This document shows, one piece after another, positions 49,846 to 61,999 of a stretch of 64,000 nucleotides of DNA. Source of the stretch: Eledone cirrhosa. Taxonomy: Eukaryota. The number at the start of each line of letters is the position of its first letter. Position 1 is the stretch's first letter. The position numbers and the translations under genes are program-made. Where the stretch lies: NCBI GenBank assembly GCA_964016885.1, contig OZ024746.1, positions 84,444,001 through 84,508,000 on the forward strand, written 5' to 3'. Below the pieces are notes generated by a model, which did not search any database, was not told where the DNA came from, and saw only the letters and a program-made list of their open reading frames with translations.

Positions 49846-51078
49846 AACTAGAGAAGAAATTCCAAACTTGGAAGCAGGGAATAGAAAGAAAGGGTCTCAA
49901 AGTCAACCTGACAAAGACTAAGGTCCTTGTAAGTAAACGAGAAAACAGAACCCAGATCCCCTCAGGGAAATGGCCTTGCTCAGTATGTAGGAGAGGTGAA
50001 GGTAGGATCTCCATTCTTTGCCCCAAATGCAAACAATAGGTACACAAGAGATGTAGTGGGATCTCAGGAAGCTTAGCTAAGAATGTAGGCTTCATATGTA
50101 GCAGCTGTGCTGGGACAGCAAGCAGCAAACAGCCACAGGAAACAAGTACCACCAAACTGGGGGGGGGGGGGGGGGGGGGGGGCTCTGTAGAAACAGTAGA
50201 CAGCTTCTGCTACCTACTAGGTGACAGAATTAGCAGTGGAGGTGGTGTTCGGAAAGTACAGTAACCAGGGTAAGAACGGGATGGAAGAAGTTCAGGGAGC
50301 TACTGCCACTGCTAGCTGCAAAAGGCTTTTCCCTCAAAATGAAAGGCAGACTGTATGATGCATGTATACGAACAGCAATGTTACTACATGGTAGTGAGAC
50401 CTGGGCGCTGTCTGTGGAAGACTTGCGTAGATTAGAAAGAAACGAAGCCTGCATGCTCCGATGGATGTGTAATAGTAATATACGCGAACGGTAAAGCATA
50501 AACGAATTGAGAAAGAGACTGAGCATAAGAGGAATCAAATGCTGTGTGCAGGAGAGGCGGTTGCGTTGGTATGGACATGTGATATGTATAAAGGATGACA
50601 GCTGCATAAAAAGGTGCAGAGCATTAGAAGTTGATAGAAACCGCGGAGTGGGGAGACCCAAGAAGACCTGGGATGAGGTGATAAAAGCCGACCTTACCCA
50701 ATTACACCTCTCAAAGGCGATGATACATGACTGTGACCTCTGGCGTCACGCAGTAGTACAGAAGACCCGACCCCCCACGGGTACAAGCCGAAGCTGAAGC
50801 ATATAGACAATATGCCCCACACCCTCCCACTGCAAAAAAAAGCACCCAGCCCACACTGTAAAGTGGACGTGTAGGCACCACGGAAAAAAAGCACCCAGCA
50901 CTCACTGTAAATGAGGTTGGTGTTAGGAAGGGCATCCAGCTGTAGAAATCAAGCCAGAATCAGTTCCCGTATGAGCAAGGCATGGTGAGCCGACCGGCTA
51001 CAGCCCACAACAGGACAACCCGTCTAACCCATGCTAGCGTGGAAGAACAGACGTAAAACGGTGATGAGGATGATGATG
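49846..51078 (+). mobile_element. RTE LINE 3' fragment (PHD family) with 3' UTR and (GAT)n tail
   Basis: Clearly homologous to 53930-55228 (LEKKFQTWK, WPCSVC, GWKKFRELLPLL, RRLRWYGHV). Contains a poly-G run at 50159-50182. Confidence 0.92.
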
Positions 51079-51437
51079 ATATATATATATATAGTAATAA
51101 TAATAATAATAGTAATAATAATAAATGTGAAGACTAAAATCCAAAGAGGGTTCGATAAGGACAAATATATATCAAATATATAAGAACCCTAGAGCAAATA
51201 TTTATTAAAATAACAGATTAAAGTTTAAGCAAAGAATCGCTGCTTTCACCCATTAAGGCTGAAAGCAGTGATGTTTATATATTAATATATATATATATAT
51301 ATATATTCATTCATTTCATTTTACGTCGGCTTTTTCCCTGCTTGCAAGGGTGGGACGGGAACTGATTCTGGCTTCATATATATATATGATGATTTCTCAC
51401 AAATGAAACAGTTCTAGTCCTGTAGAAGCTCTTTTAT

Positions 51438-51469
<32 letters not shown>

Positions 51470-51685
51470 TTATATATGTATATATATATAAATATATATA
51501 TATATATTTATTCTCTCGATTATTCGGTCTCGAACTTAAGTTCTTTTATCGAGTGGTCTTGGATTTCCTACCTATAGTTGCTCGCACATGCTCGGTTTGT
51601 GTTTTTTTGGCTGTTTTGTTATTGTTTCTCTTTTCTTCCCCTTTGCTTTCCTTCTTTCCTTCCTTCCTTCGTTTTCCCAATATAA

Positions 51686-51716
<31 letters not shown>

Positions 51717-51783
51717 AATATATATATTTATATATATATATACAATATTAACAAATGGAAACTATATTTATAAAACCATATTT

Positions 51784-51846
51784 ATTTCATTATACATATT
51801 TCAAGGATACCAAGTTAAATTATGGTATGCCTTCATCAGACAAAAT
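51784..51846 (-). ncRNA. Minimal type I hammerhead ribozyme motif with intact core
   Basis: Minus strand: AUUUUGU CUGAUGA AGGCAUACC-loop-GGUAUCCUU GAAA UAUGUA UA^ AUGAAAU. Confidence 0.6.
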
Positions 51847-52107
51847 ACAATATATACCAGTTTTATAAATAAACATTGACGTACCCTTTCAAAATGCGAC
51901 CGTTACTTTTGGAAGACAATATATATATATATATATATATATAAATATATGTATATAGATACATATGTATAAATATATGTATATAGATACATATGTATAA
52001 ATATATGTATATAGATACATATGTATAAATATATGTATATAGATACATATGTATAAATATATATATATATATAAATATATATAAATATATGTATATAGAT
52101 ACATATG

Positions 52108-52158
<51 letters not shown>

Positions 52159-52160
<2 letters not shown>

Positions 52161-52375
52161 ACATTATGAAGAGAGAAGAAACATTTAGATATAATTAGTA
52201 ATAAAATGAATCATACCTAAACTGCTCCTAGATTCCTCGACTACGTAGTTTCATGGCATAAATAAAATTTGTTTATGCCACGAAACTACGTAGTCGAGGA
52301 ATCTAGGAGCAGTTTAGGTATGATACATTTTATTACTAATTATATCTAAATGTTTCTTCTCTCTTCATAATGTAT
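52159..52375. repeat. 217-bp near-perfect palindrome (about 105-bp arms, about 3 mismatches)
   Basis: atacattatgaagagagaag ... cttctctcttcataatgtat. Confidence 0.95.
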
Positions 52376-52590
52376 TTTTAACTCTGATACTGGTTCAGTC
52401 TAATTCAACCGGATTGGTCTGTCCCAGTCATTCATTGAGCAACATCGGTAAGGTTGGCACCATTAACTCACGGTTGGGTGTGGATGCATTCATGTATATG
52501 AGTGTGTCCGCATGTATCTGTGTGTTTCTAAATAAATATATGTATATATATATATAAATATATGTATATAGATACATATGTATAAATATA

Positions 52591-52636
<46 letters not shown>

Positions 52637-52644
52637 TACATATG

Positions 52645-52694
<50 letters not shown>

Positions 52695-55228
52695 GGAACA
52701 GTGGGAATTCCTGAAAGCAAACCTGCTGATGGCGGCAGACGAAGTCTGTGGCCGGAGCAGGCCTATAGGCAGGAGGAGAGTAACATGGTGGTGGAACAGT
52801 AAGGTGGAGGAGTCAATTAGGCCAAAAAGCAGGCTTGGAAAGTATGGCAGGATGGGGGAAGTAGAGAAGACTATCAAGTGGCCAGGGGTGAAGCTAGGAG
52901 ACAAGTGTACTTCGCAAGAAGGGAAGCAGAGGAAAGAAAGTTCAAGCATGTTCTACAACGCGAGGACCAAAAACATGAGGTGTTCAGGATTGCTAGGCAA
53001 TGTGTCAAGGAAAACCATGATATTGTCGGGGAGAAGTGTGTCCTTAATGATGATGGTGTACTTGCCATCACTGACGCTGATAAGAAGGTAGCTTGGAAGT
53101 GTCACTACGAAAGGCTACTAAATGAGGAGAATAAATGGGAGAAAGACAGACTCCTCCACATCGATCCAATAGAGGGACCAGCAGTGTTAGTCGAAGGTAG
53201 TATAATAAGTAAGGCAATCAAAGATATGAAGACGGGTAAGGCGGCTGGGCCTTCGGAAATAGTTGCTCAAATGCTGAAAGCTTCTGGAACGGTGGGACAC
53301 ACCATGGTCACCCGGATAGTAAACCAAGTCATACAGAATGGGGTTGTTCCGAAGGACTGGCGTAGCAGCATCATCATTAACTGCTACAAGGGTAAAGGAG
53401 ATGCCCTAGATAGGAGTAACTATAGAGGCATTAAATTAATCGACCAGGTCATGAAGGTCACAGAAAAAGTAATAGCGCAACTAATCAGAGAGAGAATTGA
53501 TCTAGATGAAATGCAGTTCGGGTTTGTGTCAGGTAAAAGTACCACAGACGCTCTTTTCATTGTACGACAACTACAGGAGAAGTACCTAGCTAAAAGTAAA
53601 CCCCTATACTTAGCTTTTGTCGACTTGGAGAAAGCCTTCGACAGAGTTCCCTGTTCCATTATCTGGTGGGCTCTTAGAAAACTAGGTGTTGATGAATGGC
53701 TTGTGAGAGCTATACAAGCCATGTATAAAGAAACAGTCAGCAAGGTTAGAATTAGCAACGAATATAGTGAAGAGTTTAGCGTAAAAGTTGGTGTTCATCA
53801 GGGCTCCGTTCTTAGCCCCCTACTATTTATTATTGCCCTTCAGGCTATAACAGTGGAGTTCAAGACCGGCTGCCCATGGGAACTCCTATACGCAGATGAT
53901 CTAACGCTCATAGCTGAATCAATGGCCGAACTAGAGAAGAAATTCCAAACATGGAAGCATGGCCTAGAATCAAAAGGCCTTAAAATTAACCTGTCTAAGA
54001 CTAAAGTTCTAGTTTGTAGGAAGGAAAATAGGGCACTGGTCCCATCCGGGAAATGGCCATGCTCAGTGTGTAGGAAAGGAGTAGGTAGAAACTCCATTTT
54101 ATGTCCCAAATGCAAAGTATGGGTGCATAAAAGATGTAGTGGGATCACAGGTAAGCTAACTAAGAACATAGATTTTATATGTGGCCGGTGCTCTGGTGCA
54201 ATAAGTAGCAGCAAGTGCCCACAGAATACTAGCTCATTCCATTGCACAGATGGTTCTATAGAAATAGTGGACACCTTCCATTACTTGGGTGACAAAATCA
54301 GCAGTGGTGGAGGGTGCTCTGAAAGTAGAGTAGCTAGAGTCAGAACTGGATGGAAAAAGTTCAGAGAGCTTATACCACTATTAGCCGCTAAAGGGTTCTC
54401 TCTAAAAATGAAAGGCAGGCTGTATGATCCTGCATACGAACAGCAATGTTACATGGCAGTGAGACTTGGGCATTGTGTGCAGAGGACATACGCAGACTGG
54501 AGAGGAACGAAGCTTGCATGCTCCGCTGGATGTGTAATAGTAATATACGTGAACGGCAAAGCATAAACGAACTAAGGGAAAAATTAGAAATAAGAGGGAT
54601 CAGATATTGTTTACTCGAGAGAAGACTACATTGGTATGGTCACGTGATGCGCATGAAAGACGACAGCTGTATAAAAAAGTGCAGAGCAATAAAAATAGAG
54701 GGTAGCCATGGAGTAGGCAGACCCAGAAAAATCTGGGACGACTTGATAAATTCCGACCTCACACACTTACACCTCTCCAAGACAATGTCACTGGACCGAG
54801 ATCTTTGGCGCTACACAGTAATACAGAAGACCCGCCTTACCTAAGTACAAAGTGAAACCTACTACAGTCAGTAGGCACTTCTAACAAAAATACACCCCCG
54901 TCCCACTACCCCACCCCATCCACACCACCCCTTTCAATGTAAAGTTATATTGGTACCACAACATCCTGTCCGAAACAAATGAGGTCATGTAGGTGTCACG
55001 ACAAAAAAACACACAGTCCATGCTGTAATGTGGCCGTGTAGGTAACACGGTAAAAACCTCCCAGTCCACACTGTAAACGTGGTTGGTGTTAGGAAGGGCA
55101 TCCAGCCGTAGAAAACCCGCCAGACAGTCCTATGCGAGCAAGACAACCACTCTTGCCTCAAGTGGGAAAACTCCCGTCCAAACCCATGCAAGCGTGGGAG
55201 ATGGACGTTAAACGATGATGATGATGAT
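52695..55228 (+). mobile_element. 5'-truncated RTE-clade LINE with a long intact RT ORF (52878..54566, frameshift near 54430), PHD finger, long 3' UTR and (GAT)n tail, inserted in a TA-rich microsatellite
   Basis: RT motifs KAAGPS, NYRGIKL, QFGF, FVDLEKAFDRV, GVHQGSVLSP, YADD, FHYLG and RRLHWYGHV. Tail gatgatgatgat at 55214-55228. Confidence 0.96.
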
Positions 55229-55329
55229 ATATATATATATATATATATAAATATATGTATATATATATATACATATATATAGATACATATATATAAATAT
55301 ATATATATAAATATATGTATATATATGGT

Positions 55330-55932
55330 GGCTGCCAACTCGTTTTCGAGTACGGCCACTACTTTATATCCATATAGGAGAACCCCTACCGATGCAGTGA
55401 ACGAGTGTGACCTTTTAGTCCAGCCAGCGACTTGAAAACTCTGGTACAAACACTACACTTGTGACAAATATTGACACATAGTGCTGGGGCCATGGTACCC
55501 TGTGACGACAAGTGCAGAGAGATCTCCAGATATAAAGCAATGCCTGTGCCGTGAAGCTTTTATAGTGAGCAAAGGCACTGCACAAAGCCAGTCCCACTCT
55601 CTTAACCAAGATGATATTTACCAAAAAGAAGAACAAGTCAACATCATTGGATACCATCAGAGTTGCAGGTGTTATATCAGAGTTTTCCTTCTCCTAGAAT
55701 TCTGCCTTGACAAAGGCTAAGGGGTCATCTCTCCTGGTGATTTTGGATGGCCATTGACTCTTAAGAGCTCCTTTGCCCTTTGACAGGTCTTGTTTTTAGT
55801 CCTGCAGGATGTCCAAAGTCACCCTCCTCACCAAGAAACCTTGGTGGGGTTGCCAGTTTAGTCGCCAACGACCCGACCATGGGACAGGTTGTACTGGGAT
55901 ACATGTTACCAGTAGCACCAACTGGTGACCTG
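55330..55932 (-). mobile_element. RTE-type LINE 5' UTR fragment between TA microsatellites
   Basis: Shares blocks with 7955-8330 and 25290-25555 (gaccc.tagcc.ttgtca...ctaggagaagg...gatgttga...gagagtggga.tggct). Confidence 0.65.
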
Positions 55933-55936
55933 ACAT

Positions 55937-56490
55937 AATATATATAAATATATGTATATATATATACATATATATATATATATAAATATATGTATATATA
56001 TATACATATATATATAGATACATATATATAAATATATATATATAAATATATGTATATATATACATATATATATATATATATAAATATATGTATATATATA
56101 CATATATATAGATACATATGTATAAATATATATATATATACATATAAATTTATATATATATAAATATATATATATATTTATACATATGTATCTATATATA
56201 TATGTATATATATACATATATTTATATATATATAAATATATATATATATTTATACATATGTATATATATATATATATATTTATACATATATATCTATATA
56301 TATGTATATATATATTTTTTTTTCATTTTTTTTTTTTTGTAAAATGAAATGAAAAAATGAAAAAAAAAATATATACATATATATGTATAAATATATATAT
56401 ACATATGTATAAATTTATATATTTATATATATATTATATATATATATTTATATATATATATTTATATATATACCATATGTATATATACTA
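55937..56490. repeat. Large compound (TA)n/ATAC microsatellite field (similar fields at 51430-51510, 51680-51745, 51919-52160, 52530-52694, 55228-55325)
   Basis: Seen directly in the sequence. Confidence 0.95.
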
Positions 56491-56814
56491 TGTTAAGGTA
56501 TCAATACATATTTAATTTGTATAATGATCATGTTTCTCAATAAACAAGCTCAATGTACCTTGGTTTAGAGCATCAATAGTTTAAATTTAAAAGATATATT
56601 TAGAGAGAGAAATAATCATATATCGTTCAAGAAACACATAGTATTTTGTACACATATATATAAAGCAAATAAAATTCAGGAAATATGCATACTTTAAGGC
56701 GAAAAAATCACTTTTTCCACCTTAAAGTACCTATATTTTCCTGAAGACTGTTTTTCTCAAACGATATATGATTCTTTCTTTCTCTACATATATCTTTTAA
56801 ATTTGAATTATATA

Positions 56815-56891
56815 TATGTCCCTAAAAGTGTATAAACACCCCAACAGCATTCTAATAAATATGTGTATAAATGTTTTGGGGACACCCTGTA
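56815..56891. mobile_element. Tiny Tc1/mariner-type MITE remnant
   Basis: The right end ggggacaccctg|ta pairs with the left tgtccctaaaagtgtata. Confidence 0.4.
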
Positions 56892-59101
56892 ATATATATA
56901 TATATGAATTTGATTCACTCATATATATTTGTCAGACAATAAAAATTTATGTGAATATTTAGTGTAACTTAGATATGTGTAAACACTGCCAATAATAATT
57001 ATAATGAAAACAGACAAAAATAAATAAAAACAAAACAAAACCTTCACACTAATACATATTGAAATATTATTTCCCCCTCTGGTGTTAATAACTTGTTTCA
57101 ATGATAGAATATGAGAATCAACATGTCTTGCCAACTAATCTGTATATTTAGACTGTATCATTAGAGAATATAAATAATCTGAATCTACATTCTCTCTATA
57201 CATTTTTAGTGATGTATAAATCCATAAGTAGGCCATTTAAAATTTTTATTTATTCTTAATTACTTGCATGTATAAATTCCCTATATAAAGTGTGCATTAC
57301 AACATTAATATCATTGTTCATGTTTTTAAGATAGATTTTTTTCTGATGCAGTGTTGTATCATTCTTTGCTGTTTCTGTTTCCATTCAGTTATGTGATGCA
57401 ACCACTTAGCATTAATGTGCATTGATTTAAATGATGGGATTAGGGTTTACAGCCTCTTCCCTCCATTGTTCCCCTTCCCCTGTCAGCCATGTTATTTTTG
57501 GCATGGGTTTCACAGCTGGATGCTCCTCCTATCATGGATGGTCATGGCTGGAATGTATTTGATTATTTGTCTGCTGAATTAGTGTTCACATTAGAATAAG
57601 AAAATAAATATGGCTTAGTCAGATAAGATCATGAAGACCATCAATGCCTTTGATTTTTAGAAAGACTTTGCGGCTGTTGAGGGAAAAGGGAGGAAGTCAC
57701 TATAACCTCTTTACAATGTGAAATAGGTGTATTATATTTTCCTGTTTGAGGAGGGTACACCACTAATCTGGGATGCGACATATTTAAACATATCCTCCAG
57801 CATCAACCTCTTCACTTCATCCATAAACCTGGGCAATGTAGAGGAGTAGATGATGACCAAATGCCAGGCCTTGACTGTTTATTTTTGTGCCAGTTGCCAT
57901 TAAAACCTTTAGTGGCCTTGATCTCTAGACTGCTGTTTTCCTCTGTCAAATCAGGACAAAGACATCATGCTTGACGATTGAGCCCTGTGAGGTGGAATGG
58001 CTGATGCAGCAGGTATTCCTAGCTGTTCTTTACAGCAATACTTTCATCGACTTGTCCCTGGGGCACAGCTGAGACATGTCATCCAGCTAAGGGTGTAGAG
58101 TTTGCGCCTTCCTCATTTCTCCCTCCTTTATTTTTTAAATCTTTTTCGTTCATAAATAAAGTTTATATATACTTAGATTTTATTGTGACACTGACACTAG
58201 AGCGTATGCCTTTAGCATGACTAGAAAGTCTGTTCTGCTCTGTATTAATTTTTTTTCTAGTTACTTAGGGGTGTTATCTTCTTAGATTGGTTGCCTACAT
58301 TGAAACTAGATCAGGTGTGAAAAATTGTTTGCCTGTATTAACAAATGCAATATCTACAGAGGTTTGGGATGTGATGACACTATATCATATGACTAAATAG
58401 AAAGAATAGAAAAAAACCCCCAGAAAGCACTGTTAATTTATTTGTCTGTTATTACATACAGAATATATAACCTTTACTATGGTTTTTTTTTTCATTGTTT
58501 TTACAGTCTTTTCCATGGGTTGGCTGGGACTTTTTAAGGAAATGTTTTACACACCTTTACCCTTCCTGGCACCAAACCTTTTTTATTCTCTTCTAATGAA
58601 AGACAGGGATACAGTGTACCCATTCTAAACCAGACTATAAACGAGAGATAATAATGTTTGTTGGACCGCCATGGATTTCGACAATGAGAGTTCCAGTTGT
58701 TCCAACAACAGAACAGTTTACACTTGTAATTAACATTCAAATGGTTGAACATTCCACAGACATATGTATCCTTAATGCAATTCTCAGGGAGATTCAGTTT
58801 TACAGTATGTGACAAAGCTGACCCTTTTGAATTATACGTACAACTTATTTTTCCAGCTGAGTGAACTGGAGCAACATGAAATAAAGTGTTTTGCTCAAGG
58901 ACACAACGTGCTGCTCAGTTCAGGGATCAAACTCATGACTTTATGATTGTAAGCTTAAGTAACTGTGACTTTGAAGTTTCCTCTTGATTGCTTTATCTAG
59001 CTGCCAGTTGAAGCAACTAAGCTGAAACTTCGAATTCGGTGTAAATCTTTTACCTAGAAGTTTGTTATTATAATAATCATTATTTTGTATTCTCTTCCTA
59101 G

Positions 59102-59272
59102 GATTTGGATTAGTCCATTATTTCCAAAACTCCGTGGTGGTGCCAACAAGAACGACGGACAATCAGCAACAGCATTCAAAAGAGACCTTGTTCAGTATGT
59201 TGCTGCATATCGCAATCCCAGTCTTGCTACATGGGAGAAACATCTTCTAGAACATGACATGTCAAGTGCTAA
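59102..59272 (+). CDS. TDP1: TDP1 coding exon (171 nt)
   Basis: cttcctAG|G...AA|GTAAGT. Encodes IWISPLFPKLRGG...GQSATAFKRDLVQYVAAYRNPSLATWEKHLLEHDMSSA. Confidence 0.95.
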
Positions 59273-59574
59273 GTAAGTTGGAAATTCAACATCATTTTTA
59301 CATTTGTTTTGTCCATGCTAACACGGGTTGGACAAAACCTTTTGAAACAATTTTTTTTATGGCCAGATGTCCTTCCTGATGCCAACACTTAACTTTATTT
59401 ATAAGAATTGTATATAAAGTGCATCTTCATTGATTGCTATGCTGCAGGACATATTTCTTACATGGGACATAAACAAGAACAGCGCTTGCTTTAAATGTTG
59501 ATGATATGAAAATGCATGTAGTAAACTGACACACGCATACACACATAAATACTCACATACATACACACATATAT

Positions 59575-59735
59575 ACAAAGAATTTCCTTACAGTTTCTAG
59601 CTACCAAATACATTTGTAAGGCCTTGGTCAGCTTGACACTATAAAAAAGAAACACTTGCCCAAAGTGCTGTACTGTGGGATGAAACCCTAAACCACATGG
59701 TTGTGAAGTAAACTTCTTACCCACTTAGCCATACT
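59575..59735 (-). mobile_element. Further tRNA-headed SINE family (other copies about 20700-20840, 28290-28400, 59950-60090 on -, 61135-61255 on +)
   Basis: Shared acacttgcccaaag.tg.....gtggga..gaaccc...accacatggttgtgaag. Confidence 0.6.
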
Positions 59736-60411
59736 GACACCTGGTTTATTTAAAGAAAGAAGGGAAGTACCATGGCTTTTATGTTTTTTTGTTGGACCTC
59801 TCTAACTGGTGGGAAACAGACAAGGAAGAAACTGGAGACCTAATTCAAATGATTGCAATAGTGTAGGCTCTGTCTGTTAAAGTTATCAGGCAACAGATTA
59901 TATCAGTTAGGTTTACCATATAAGAACCATCCCATTCCATCCAATGATTCTTCACCTCATTTTGCTCAAAAGTTTTGGGTCTGCTTGAGTTTATGAGCAA
60001 AAGACAACTTCTCAAGATACTTCAGAATGAGTTTGAATCCAGAGTCACTTGAATACAAAATAAACTTCTTAATTGAATGGCAATGACTTTGCCTTCATTA
60101 GGCTGACTGTTGACTCACATATTTGCAAAGGATGTTAACCATCTTTTCAACATATTTTTAATGAAAGACACTACCTATAATTTTCAAACAAGTTCGAAAA
60201 TAATGAGTTTAGAAGGATTACTGATTTTCTCATCATTAAACTGGTTTTGGGAGCATAACTTAACAAAGATTCTTACATAAATTTAGCGGGAAGGTTTTTT
60301 TTAGATAAGTATGACACCTTAAAATAAACAGCTTTGTATTGTAGAATGAGAAGCAGTTTTAGATGGTTTCTTAAATAAATTTATATTATTAATGTTTTTT
60401 TTTCTTTGTAG

Positions 60412-60490
60412 AGTATATTTAATTGGTTCTGTACCTGGCAGACATTCGATGCTCCAGAAACATGCTTGGGGTCATCTGAAATTAAGAAAG
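60412..60490 (+). CDS. TDP1: TDP1 coding exon (79 nt)
   Basis: tttgtAG|A...AAG|GTAGGT. Encodes VYLIGSVPGRHSMLQKHAWGHLKLRK (TDP1 VYLIGSTPGR...WGHFRLKK). Confidence 0.96.
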
Positions 60491-61562
60491 GTAGGTCTTT
60501 ATGTGGATTAATAGTAATCAATGTTGTTGCTGATGATGATAATGATGTTATTTGTATATTTATTATTATTATTGAAATAGAATATCAGAACACCTAATAC
60601 TAATTAACAACTTCCAGTTAAATTCTTCTATTTTCTAAACTGGCTTTCATTCCTTCAGAAGAGATAAAAATAAATGCAATGTGCTATTATTGTTGTTTAA
60701 TCAGTCCAAATCAGCTTTATTTAAGCAGACATATGAGAAAAGGTATTCCAGTCGTTATCATCTGTCTTTTCCTTTATTCAGATAGTACAACAGTGCCCAG
60801 TATGTCCATTTTATTTATTTTTTCAAAAGCAGTTGTGATTTGAGAGAGATTTGGTTGCTATTTTCAGCAGCGTTTAACTTATTCAGTTATTTTTGTGCTT
60901 CAAAAAACATGTAGTCCACCCTGTAAGGTGGTAATGCTGGAGTCACAATAAAATGCTCCCATTTTGTAAAGTGGTTGGCATTAGGAACATCATCCAGCCA
61001 TGGAAACCAAGCCAAAATGGAGCTTATGAACAGGAGGTGGTCACCTGATCGGTCTAGCTTCAGCACACAATAATAAGCCATCTAACCCACGCAAGCATGT
61101 TAAATGGGGGTGAGGATAATGATTACTCTCCTGGATGCAATGTGATTAAATGGTTAAAAAGCTCACTTCACAATCATGAGGTTGCATGTTCGGTCCCACT
61201 TAGGCAATTCTCTCTCACCATAGCCTTAGATTATCTTAAACATTGTGAATGAAACTGTTTGGATGGACTGTACCTGTAATTCAAAGAGCCAGCCATGTCA
61301 CATACTGCCATCCTGAATTACGTTGAGGGTAAACGTGTCTGTGGAATACTCAGCCACACTGATATTTAATGAGTAGGTTGATTGGATAACTGGAATACTC
61401 ATTGTTGAAACCATCAGAGAACCTATTATTATAGGTATTGTTTCTGTTTTCATCATCCACATTCAGGTTATTTCTATCTTCAAATCTTTATATTTGGATA
61501 ATTTCTCCATTTCCTTAATAGATATATTGTTGGCTCTGGGAATACATACAAAAATTATTATT

Positions 61563-61901
61563 TTGGCAGTATCAGTAGAAGGTCGGACGCCATGCTTTGC
61601 AGCATAGAGTTACGCCCCTTTATGGTGTGAGTTCAAATCCCGCCGAGGTTAACTTTGCCTTTCATCTTTATGGGGTCGATAAAATAAAGTACCAGTAATA
61701 CACTAGGATAATTGCTGGCCTTGTGCCAAAAGTAGAAACAATTATTAGAGAGCAGAGGAATGGCAAAATTGTTAGAACGTTGGATAAAATGGTTTGTGGC
61801 ATTTGCTCTGGCTCAAATCCTGCTCAGGTTAGCTTTGCCTTTCATCCTTATGGGGTAATAAAACAAAGCACCAGTAATGCACTGAGGTCGATTCAATTGA
61901 C

Positions 61902-61933
<32 letters not shown>

Positions 61934-61965
61934 TTGTTGGTTTTGTGCCTTAATCAGAAACCATT
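61563..61965 (+). mobile_element. Two tandem short tRNA-SINE copies (family also at about 45-275, 4900-5195 on -, 6015-6200, 7255-7430, 10090-10345 on -, 16870-17030, 28660-29190, 30920-31100, 34995-35092 on -, 63480-63650 on -)
   Basis: gagttcaaatcccgccgaggttaactttgcctttcatc...ggggtcgataaaataaagtaccagt...attgctggccttgtgcc..(att)n. Confidence 0.85.
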
Positions 61966-61999
61966 ATTATTATTATCATTATTATTTTTTTTTTTTCAG

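Noticed and set aside
50159-50182. Long poly-G run (also poly-G or poly-C at 5107, 28278 and 61901) as a G-quadruplex element
   Set aside because: These are homopolymer expansions inside repeat copies, and their lengths may be sequencing artefacts.
52878-54566. 562-aa RT ORF as an active LINE or a domesticated host gene
   Set aside because: It is 5'-truncated with no endonuclease, starts at a GTG after a frameshift, has another frameshift near 54430 and keeps the LINE 3' tail.
55761-56217. YI/IY-rich ORFs here and at 29.9, 51.6-52.7 and 63.4-63.8 kb
   Set aside because: They are translations of (TA)n/(CA)n microsatellites.
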